DNA of 64,000 bases from Corallochytrium limacisporum Hawaii. Taxonomy: Eukaryota > Protista > Pluriformea. Below the pieces are notes generated by a model. That model was not told where the DNA came from. It ran no database searches and saw only the letters and a program-made list of their open reading frames with translations. Below are positions 41,713 to 49,880 of this stretch, one piece after another. The translations under genes and the position numbers were made by a program. Positions within the stretch are counted from its first letter, which is position 1. Each line of letters starts with the position of its first letter. The DNA lies in assembly GCA_002811645.1 (NCBI GenBank), contig PDIP01000052.1, positions 107,698 through 171,697 on the forward strand, in the 5' to 3' direction.

Positions 41713-43500
41713 ATGGCCTCTTGTGTCCTAACACGCCTGGCTACTAGGGGATACCGTATCCGAGGCTCTCCCTTCCAGCATAAAGCGGCTCTCGCTGCAC
41801 TTTCAATCATGACAGAAACCAATACCAGCATCACTCTGTCGGACAGGCCAGGACTGTATCGCAATGTGCATGGAGCTGTGGTACTAAAGGAACCAATCAC
41901 CACGAAAGAACTCGCCAGCATTGTCAGCGGCAAGTTTCTCGCAGATCCTTCAAACTGGACCATCAGACTGAAGGAAGGTTATCCAGAACTGGAGAAACGC
42001 ATTGTTGGCGATCACTGGGCCGCCTGTGATGCAGCTGAGCAGTCTGAGTACGTTGTCTTCGATGGTTACGGCGAAAGCTTGCCTGCCAGCAGCACATGCT
42101 ACGACAATGTCAAGAAGGCAGACTACCCATGGTACGATCGGCTAGAAAAGAATTGCACACGCATCGCTGTGTGGCCACAATGCTCATTGTTTTGGGAAAA
42201 TCGGCCGAATTTCATGCAAACAAGCGTGGGACAGGACTATGTCTTCTGGAAGCCCATGCGGGAGATGGGCATTGCAATGTATCACAATCTGCACCCTAAT
42301 GTTGGCCAGCCGGAATTTGAGAACCCGGAGGATCGAGACGGAGCAAAACATTCGATCTTGTATGAAAGGGTAGCGAAGAAACGAGCGAACTTACCTGCAG
42401 ATGCCAATGCTGACGACCCTATGCTCAAAGGGTGGACGGTCCTCGTGCCAACATTCTTTGGAGATTTTTCTGAAGGCAACCCGAACATGGTCCACGGCGG
42501 TGCCATGGGTACTGTCCTGGACCTTGCGCTAGCAGCAGAAGGTTTTGAGTATGTCAGTCCACTATTCACCGCGTCGTTGCGTATTGACTACAAAGCACCG
42601 ATGAAGCCCTACAAACTCCACTTGGCCCGGTGCCGTGCTGTGTCCATCGGGCTGAAAACAGCCGTCGCCGAAGGTGACTTCATTGACCCGGAGACTATGC
42701 AGGTTATCTGTACCGGCCGTGCCGTTTATTCCAGACCATCTCGCGTGCCTGAATCGTTGCGAAACAAGTTCATGTATGATCCCCGTGTCGCGTCTTTGGA
42801 AGGTAAGCACCGGACCTGGATTCGTGACATTCTCGAAGCACCCGAGGATTGGGTCAAGGAAGACAGCGTAGCACGCAAGGAACTTCCATGGGAGACATCG
42901 CCTGGGGGGCCGGAGGTTCGCAAACCTTTTGCACCGAACCCAGAGGACACGCCATGGTACAAGGCTCTAATGGAAGACAAAAGGTTTGCATTCTTCGAGC
43001 GTGAGACTGCTCCTGGTTTCCGCCGCTCGTTTGGGGCTAAGACCGAGCTCTTCCCGGACTACTTTCCGAAGACGATCATCCGCCAGTACATTCGCAACGA
43101 CCCTGACAATCCTGAGGGCCAGGCCGCTGTTGTCTTCACACGCTACGCAGAGGGCAGCACCGCCATTGCTCACGGTGGTGCTGTCTATACCGTCTACGAT
43201 TCGGTCATGTCCGCCTTCCTGATGGGTATCGTGGGCTCTCAGGCGGTGACAGCAAGTCTGAGTCTGCAGTACAAATCTCACACCCCCCTTGGGCAGACTC
43301 TGCGCGTCCTGGTCAACGTCGAAAAGAGGGAAGGCCGCAAGATATGGTTGGCCGGCACAATGGACGACCCGGAGACCGGAGCGGTGTTTTCAGAAGCGCG
43401 CGGCCTCTGGGTCACCCCCAAGAATGCCCCTGAAAAGAAGTTCGAAAGGGTTAGTAACATGGCTGAAGCGTTTAAAAACACAGCCACAAGCAATTTGTAG
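41713..43500 (+). CDS. Tandem hot-dog fold acyl-CoA thioesterase (PaaI/THEM4-like, two domains)
   Basis: EGNPNMVHGGAMGTVLD...TASLRIDYKAP and EGSTAIAHGGAVYTVYD...TASLSLQYKSHTPL; second in-frame ATG at 41809; ends in -SNL. Confidence 0.88.
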   Translation: MASCVLTRLATRGYRIRGSPFQHKAALAALSIMTETNTSITLSDRPGLYRNVHGAVVLKEPITTKELASIVSGKFLADPSNWTIRLKEGYPELEKRIVGDHWAACDAAEQSEYVVFDGYGESLPASSTCYDNVKKADYPWYDRLEKNCTRIAVWPQCSLFWENRPNFMQTSVGQDYVFWKPMREMGIAMYHNLHPNVGQPEFENPEDRDGAKHSILYERVAKKRANLPADANADDPMLKGWTVLVPTFFGDFSEGNPNMVHGGAMGTVLDLALAAEGFEYVSPLFTASLRIDYKAPMKPYKLHLARCRAVSIGLKTAVAEGDFIDPETMQVICTGRAVYSRPSRVPESLRNKFMYDPRVASLEGKHRTWIRDILEAPEDWVKEDSVARKELPWETSPGGPEVRKPFAPNPEDTPWYKALMEDKRFAFFERETAPGFRRSFGAKTELFPDYFPKTIIRQYIRNDPDNPEGQAAVVFTRYAEGSTAIAHGGAVYTVYDSVMSAFLMGIVGSQAVTASLSLQYKSHTPLGQTLRVLVNVEKREGRKIWLAGTMDDPETGAVFSEARGLWVTPKNAPEKKFERVSNMAEAFKNTATSNL

Positions 43501-43600
43501 TTTGTATAGTCAATGACAAGGACAAACGAGCACAAGACGTGAATTATCCAATAAAGTAGGAATTGGTAGGTATTTATATCAATAGTGACACCCTGCTGTT

Positions 43601-45196
43601 TCAATCAAGTAAGAGATCGGCTTTGACATCCATGTACTTCTCGTACTCATCCTCATCCATGTCGCCCTCCATGTCTTCTGTAATTGACAGGATGGGCACC
43701 ATCTTACCGCCAAGTTTGACCTTGGTGGTCTTGCGCTTCTTTTCTAACTCAGTGTTGCCATCGACAGCAGAAGCGGCAGCAGCGCTAGGACCATTGCTGG
43801 GCGCCGTTTTAGCCGTGTTCTCACCCTCTTTGTTTCCATTCTCGGTGGCAGACACTGCAGCATGAGCCCCTACAGGCACTTCATTGTTGACTAACAGGCG
43901 CCGCAGGGCCGCGTCGCTAACTCTTCCTTCGTCTGTTCCGCGCACTGGCGTCTGTCCTGCAGAGGAGGCCTCCGTTGTGACCGCTGAGGGCGCTGCCGAC
44001 GCCGCGGGAGCGGCCGCTGCTGTGGACGATACGCCAAGTGCGGACGCTTTACTCACTACCGACTCACGCCTGTGGACAGGCATCGATTCGTGGGTATCCG
44101 TGCGGGGCCCTCCAGGCCGCGAAACATTTCCTGTGCGTGCGACCTTCTTTGCACGATCCTGATCTGCTGCAGCATTGCCCTCGAACCACTTTGGCTCGTC
44201 GCGCCGCTTCGTGCTCCGTCCAACGTCCGTTTCCACAATCTTCACCTTTAGCTCATTGTCGCCATCATCCAGCTCGCCCATGGGCATGGCGTCGATGTCC
44301 TCATCCTCCTCTGCACCGGCTGCGAAGGCCAAGTCCTCGGCGAGACGGAAGTCCATGTGTCGCACCTGTTCGAGGTTGGGCATGGCAATCTCTCCCGATG
44401 GAACCATCCGTTTTACCGTTTCCAACACCGACACGAAGGGCTGAATCTCTCCCATCAGCTTTCGTGCATGAACGGCACCAGCTTCGTCACTTTGAGTGTT
44501 TTCTACTAATTCCTCATCGCAGTTTTCGCACCGCAGCGTGCCGTCAGGTGCCAACAACGAGCTTGCAGCATCCATCATTGAGTATTCCGTGCCGCAGTAT
44601 GGGCACTTGAACATATGCTCTGGAGCTTCATTCTCCGCTGTCTCTTCGATTGCCTTGCGCATGTGCAGCAGTTTGAAACTGACCACGTTAAAGACCTCCG
44701 CAAAATCAATGGCCACCACACGAAATCGATATTGACGATATTTCAACCGCTTTTGACCCTCTGGCAGCGTACTCTCCAAGACGATGTCCTTACGGTCGAC
44801 GTGATCATCTTCAACCACGACCAATTTGTCGTCCTTCAACCGATCGATGACTTGCTGCAGCTGTTGTGATCCCATGTCAAGCGCAATTTGCAAGAGGTCC
44901 AGACGCCACGGACTTTCTGAGAGGACGTCAAGGATCAACAGACAGTCGTCACTATAAAACGCACTACCGACCATACGCACCAACTTCGTAAGTTCCTTTC
45001 GCAATTTCGGATCATAGCTGTCGTATAGATCAGAACGGTAGGGTTCTGCTTTCAGCTTCGCCCGTGCTTCCGACTGTTTGAGAAACCGTTTCTGTTTCTG
45101 TGTGATCGACACAGTGTCGTCGCCGACAGTGGCGATCGCCCGCGGCTTTGGTGTATAGTTTGCATTGGGCAAGTATCCGCCTTGTTGTGCTGACAT
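43601..45196 (-). CDS. GTF2E1: General transcription factor TFIIE alpha subunit
   Basis: Winged-helix region LVRMVGSAFY; zinc ribbon CPYC...CENC; C-terminal VKLGGKMVPILSITED...M..DEYEKY. Confidence 0.9.
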   Translation of the reverse strand: MSAQQGGYLPNANYTPKPRAIATVGDDTVSITQKQKRFLKQSEARAKLKAEPYRSDLYDSYDPKLRKELTKLVRMVGSAFYSDDCLLILDVLSESPWRLDLLQIALDMGSQQLQQVIDRLKDDKLVVVEDDHVDRKDIVLESTLPEGQKRLKYRQYRFRVVAIDFAEVFNVVSFKLLHMRKAIEETAENEAPEHMFKCPYCGTEYSMMDAASSLLAPDGTLRCENCDEELVENTQSDEAGAVHARKLMGEIQPFVSVLETVKRMVPSGEIAMPNLEQVRHMDFRLAEDLAFAAGAEEDEDIDAMPMGELDDGDNELKVKIVETDVGRSTKRRDEPKWFEGNAAADQDRAKKVARTGNVSRPGGPRTDTHESMPVHRRESVVSKASALGVSSTAAAAPAASAAPSAVTTEASSAGQTPVRGTDEGRVSDAALRRLLVNNEVPVGAHAAVSATENGNKEGENTAKTAPSNGPSAAAASAVDGNTELEKKRKTTKVKLGGKMVPILSITEDMEGDMDEDEYEKYMDVKADLLLD

Positions 45197-45883
45197 GACT
45201 GCTCAACTGGTGTGTTTTAGATCCTGATAAGTTCTTCTGTTCCCTGAGAACCGAATTTTCCTTATGCCTTCATTTGTTTTCGACCGTTCTCGGAATATCT
45301 ACTATCAGTTATAGACTCATCACAGGCTTGTCCGCGACTAAAATAAAGCCAAATGTAAACAACTTCCGCTTACGGAACTTCTGTGCTCTTATTTATTCTG
45401 TACAGATGTCATTTGTAATTATATCTAATCTTTCATTGCCGATATACCTTCGGGAAGTCTCTGGATTGTACGTGGGCCGAGGCCCCACCGCGGGTTCCCC
45501 AGGCCCAGGGACGGCGAGGGGGCCGGGGTGGTTCTCCGCCTCAGACCTGCTGGCCCTGGCCCCCCAGCTCCCCTCCTCGGGGAAACGGAAGAAGCGCCGC
45601 CCCGAAAAGAGACAAAGCGAAAACAAAAAAATCGGGAAAGCATGAAAACGAAGAGGGGGGGGGGGAACGAAAAGCCACAACAGGGGCCCGGGCCCCCAGG
45701 GGCTTTCCAGGCACGAACGCACTGTGACACACCTGCAAAATGGGGAGACGCGGTGGTGAAATGGTATGGGATGTGTGTTTGTATGTCGATGATTGTTATG
45801 AAATGGGTACAGTGGTACCTGGTGGTACCAACAATGAGAAAATAATTGTGGGTAGGAGCTTAGTAGTTTGCGATGGTCGTGGG

Positions 45884-48673
45884 TTAGCAGCCGGACTCAA
45901 TAAGCTCCTCTACGCGACCAACGATGGCCTCCAGACGAGGCTCAGCCTGGGCCACAGCCTCCAAGACTTCCATGGGACTTGGCACAACCTCCAGACGGAC
46001 ATGGAGGGCGTTGCTACCACTGCCAGAGTGCAGTAGACCGCGGGCAACGAGGTTGTACGTGATGAGTGACAGTTGGTGCTGGGGTAGGCTGAACGGCAGC
46101 GTGGCCTTGCGTGCCAACAGGAGGGCATGGTCGCACAACGCGGAGAACGTGAAGTCCTGCAGACCGCGCAGACGTGCAAGGTCGCAGCCGGCCACAAGTA
46201 CGAGTTGCTCGAAGAGTGTACTTTCTCTGACTGCCTGCATGGCAGGGGAGGTTGTCATCTCTGCGTACGTTTCGAGGAAATGCGCGGTGGTAACCTTAGG
46301 CGCCTGGCGGGACTGAGCAAGTGTTGCGGCCTTTCGCATAATATCCAGCACACGGCGAGCATCACCGGACAGTGAGGCAATCTTGCGACAGCAGGCGCTA
46401 ATAGCTTCCTTTTCAAAAACGACACTCAGATTTTGTTTCTTCCTTTCAGGGACCTCATCGTCGTCGGAATCGAAGCATTCAGAATCTGGTTTCAGGCGCT
46501 CAGTTATGATCTTTTCGAGCTGGTCAGCGTTGTATGTGCTGAATTTGATCCGACAGGCGCCGATGCGGCTGGCAATGCGGGCGTGCATGAGACGCTCGGG
46601 CATGTCCAGGGCATTGGCAATGCCAATAACAATCAAACCACTGCGACGCCCGTGTGGCCATTCAAAGATATTGTACAGCAGTTCCTGTTTGCCTTTGACA
46701 AGCTGGTCAAGCTCATCGAGCACGAGGATGGTCGGCGTCACGTCGTCGGCGCGCCGCTTTGGAGCTACGGTTGTGTAGTGAGTGCGCAGCAATGCAAGAG
46801 CCTGGGTGGGAGATGGACTCGTGGGCAACGCACCTTCACGAGCGGACCCTTTGCAGCTTGTGCTCCTTTCGGTCTGCTCGGCAAGTTCATCGGCAAATGT
46901 TGCGTCGTAGAGGGCACAGTAGGTCTGCCGAGCATCCAAAATATTCAGGCCATTAATCTCGGCGTCGTTGAAATGTGGAATCTCTCCGGCGGCAGCCTGC
47001 TGGCGGAGCTGACGTAGGACAGCATGGACGGTAGCTGTCTTCCCGGTGCCAGGAGTGCCCGCAATGTACACTGTGGTGCCCGCCGCATTGGGATCGCAAA
47101 GACCGTCAAGCAAAACCTGGTAGAGATGATCAAACTCCTGCTCACGGCATGGCAAGGTCTTGGGACAGCTGGCCATGTGCAGAGCCTCCTGCGCAAGCTC
47201 CATGCTTCGATCAAGAGCGGTAGGGTCCTCATTTATGGTCATGGACTGTTTCTGCACTTTCTTCTGTGTGCGCCTGGCTCGCATGGCCGCGACACGCCGT
47301 GCGGCAGCTGCAGTAGTTTTTGGTGTGGCCTTGGGCGTGGATTTTACAATGGTCGGCTGTGCAGGACGGCGAGTGCGGGTGCTGCGGCACTTGTTGTTTG
47401 CAGCAGGCGTTCTGACGGATTTCCTCGCCGGAGGAGCAACTGCGGTGCTGGCATTCTTCGCCGTTTGACGACCCCGACCAGTGGTTTCTTTCTTTGTCGC
47501 CTTGCGCTTCTGTGCAACCGCTTTGGCTTTAGCTTTCACCTTGGTGCTCTGAGCCCTTGTCATTTTCTGTTTCTGTGGCTGCTTCTCATGTGATTCCATA
47601 TCCTGATTCCTCTTCTTTGCGTCGGTGACACCCTCACCAGCCTGCCTCCGTATGGCCGCAGTGGCAGACTTAGCCGCACTGCGCGTAGGCCGTCTCGTGG
47701 CCAGGGAGGGCGCAGTGGACCTCATATCGTCCTCTTCAGATTCTGAAGTGCTCTCTTCCGCGGTTGCAGCTGCAGTTGCTTCCTTATCCATGGCTTCCTC
47801 GACCACAGCCATGGCAGACTCGAACGCGGCGTCCATGTTTTCTTCCCTGCCAACTTCTGGGCCCTTCTTGGTTTTGGTTGCATTTTTCTTCCTAGACACC
47901 GCTGTAGCTGCCGTTGGCCGCCGTGCTAACGCTGCCTTGGGCTTCTTGGGCGCTGCAGGAATCTTGATCTGAGTCTTGGAAGCGATTTTAGGGGTGACGA
48001 CTGCATCGGCAGTAGTCGCTATGTTTTTTCCGGCCTTGCAGGCCGCGGCGGTGCTCCGGATCTGTGATTTTGACTTAGACGCGGCCGCTTTCTTTGCCGA
48101 AATCACCGTTGGCGGGCAAATTTTTGTTGGACGGGGCGTTCTCTGTACCACCTTCGTTTCTGCTTTTGGCTTCACTGTGGAGGAAATGATCTTCTGTGCC
48201 GTTGTCCCCTTGATATTTTCTTTGTCTGATTCTGTCTCCAAATTCGCCAAGTCAAACAGCAGCCTCTGTGGTACAGTGGACGAGCTGGTTTTCTGCGAAG
48301 AGGTGTAGGTTACGCGCATGTCTTGCGTTCGCACTGGAGTGGAAGACAGGACATCTCCTCCAGCCCAAGGGGAACAATCTGTGTGTCTCTGTTTTCGCGC
48401 CGGAATGTTTGTGCCAAAAATGTCTACCGGATTCGCCATGGTCATTGAAGTGTTCCCTGCTGTGTTCTGCGGTTCCAATTCATCGTCACTGTCGAACAAA
48501 TTACGTACGGGAGACTTGACACTGTTGGGCTTATGAAACATTCTCCTCTTCATAGGTGTGACCTGGTTGCTGGCATAGCCACTATCGTTCAGTGACTCAA
48601 CTGTGGTATTACTCTGCTGTGCCGACCGGTTCAAGAAGTCGTTAGCCACAATGGCCAATTGAGAAAACACCAT
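45884..48673 (-). CDS. ORC1: Origin recognition complex subunit 1 (Cdc6/ORC1 AAA+), without a recognisable BAH domain
   Basis: LPCREQEF, YIAGTPGTGKTATV, EINGL, LVLDELDQL, ANALDMPER, SRIG and SGDARRVLDI motifs. Confidence 0.9.
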   Translation of the reverse strand: MVFSQLAIVANDFLNRSAQQSNTTVESLNDSGYASNQVTPMKRRMFHKPNSVKSPVRNLFDSDDELEPQNTAGNTSMTMANPVDIFGTNIPARKQRHTDCSPWAGGDVLSSTPVRTQDMRVTYTSSQKTSSSTVPQRLLFDLANLETESDKENIKGTTAQKIISSTVKPKAETKVVQRTPRPTKICPPTVISAKKAAASKSKSQIRSTAAACKAGKNIATTADAVVTPKIASKTQIKIPAAPKKPKAALARRPTAATAVSRKKNATKTKKGPEVGREENMDAAFESAMAVVEEAMDKEATAAATAEESTSESEEDDMRSTAPSLATRRPTRSAAKSATAAIRRQAGEGVTDAKKRNQDMESHEKQPQKQKMTRAQSTKVKAKAKAVAQKRKATKKETTGRGRQTAKNASTAVAPPARKSVRTPAANNKCRSTRTRRPAQPTIVKSTPKATPKTTAAAARRVAAMRARRTQKKVQKQSMTINEDPTALDRSMELAQEALHMASCPKTLPCREQEFDHLYQVLLDGLCDPNAAGTTVYIAGTPGTGKTATVHAVLRQLRQQAAAGEIPHFNDAEINGLNILDARQTYCALYDATFADELAEQTERSTSCKGSAREGALPTSPSPTQALALLRTHYTTVAPKRRADDVTPTILVLDELDQLVKGKQELLYNIFEWPHGRRSGLIVIGIANALDMPERLMHARIASRIGACRIKFSTYNADQLEKIITERLKPDSECFDSDDDEVPERKKQNLSVVFEKEAISACCRKIASLSGDARRVLDIMRKAATLAQSRQAPKVTTAHFLETYAEMTTSPAMQAVRESTLFEQLVLVAGCDLARLRGLQDFTFSALCDHALLLARKATLPFSLPQHQLSLITYNLVARGLLHSGSGSNALHVRLEVVPSPMEVLEAVAQAEPRLEAIVGRVEELIESGC

Positions 48674-48700
48674 GACTCTCGTTGTTTGACTTCTATCTCG

Positions 48701-48829
48701 CTACAACAGGATTGTGTTTATGTGATTAGACACCAGTTTGATCTATTTAGAACAAGTTACATGCGATCATTTAAATACCAGCACAAAGATGGCGCCAGAA
48801 AACAACCACAACGAAAGCAAACAACATAC
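48701..48829 (-). other. Candidate 5' UTR intron of ORC1
   Basis: On the minus strand: GTATGT donor at 48829, CTAAT branch site at 48729-48725, and first downstream AG (TGTAG) ending at 48701, 27 nt before the ATG. Confidence 0.5.
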
Positions 48830-48976
48830 CAACTGAACAAGCACGCCACAAAAAAGAAAGGGGGCTCCAGCCTTAGGGCACACCACCGGGACCCGGGGCA
48901 CCCAAGTCGTTAGTTTCAGCACCATCGTGCTCGAGACCTGAGAACCCCCCAAAGGATATCCTTCACGACGGGAGAG

Positions 48977-49318
48977 CCTTTCGCGCGCGTAGGGTCCCCG
49001 CACAACCAGCGGGTTTCAGACTGCTGCACTCAGGCTGGGTTTCCGTTCGTACTAACTTTTTCTAACCTTCAAAACCCCCCCCCCCCCCGGGGGGCTCTTT
49101 CCTTCTTNNNNNNNNNNNNNNNNNNNNNNNNNNNNNNNNNNNNNNNNNNNNNNNNNNNNNNNNNNNNNNNNNNNNNNNNNNNNNNNNNNNNNNNNNNNNN
49201 NNNNNNNNNNNNNNNNNNNNNNNNNNNNNNNNNNNNTTTTCTAACCTTCAAAACCCCCCCCCCCCCCCGGGGGGCTCTTTCCTTCTTGCTCCTGTAACGG
49301 CTCAAACCTTTCGCGCGC
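48977..49318. promoter_or_regulatory. Two copies of CCTTTCGCGCGC (E2F-like) upstream of ORC1
   Basis: Identical 12-mers at 48977-48988 and 49307-49318 contain TTTCGCGC. Confidence 0.5.
49108..49236. other. Assembly gap with duplicated ~50-bp flanks
   Basis: TTTTCTAACCTTCAAAA-Cn-G6-CTCTTTCCTTCTT is present on both sides of the N run. Confidence 0.95.
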
Positions 49319-49880
49319 ACCAAAAATAGACTCCCTTTGTCTTTTTTGATTTGAATTTAAAACAATCAATAAATCAAATAAGAGGTACGGATGGAAAAGT
49401 GGCTTAAAAAATAAGTAACTGTGGTCAAAGAGGAGAGGGCCCCCTGTGTGCCCTGCGTGCCCCCCCTCCCTGCGGGACTTTGGGTGTGAGGGGACCGAAA
49501 GACGGGAGCCCATTTTGGTTACAAACAGGGGCACACTGCCTTTTGGAAAAACCGATGGTAGTGATACCACTGGGTAATACCTGCGAAATATTCGGGGCCT
49601 AAAGCAATGTTACGTGGAGAGTCAAGCTTGGCAGTTTGTGTTCGCAGTGAGCGACGGGGCTTCGGGCCCACCATGCCCCAAAGTCCGTGAGCGCCGGCGC
49701 TGATTTGGAGTAAAATTTAATCTGTCCTCACGGTTTGGTATGTAAAGTTCACCATCGCAGTGGTCTATGGGCCTTTTTTGGTATAATACAATCTGAGGTA
49801 TCGGCTTGAATATAGAAGCGGCGAAAATGCGGAGAGTGTCAGGGTCATAACAATTGGACTATCCGGCCATACAATCAACC

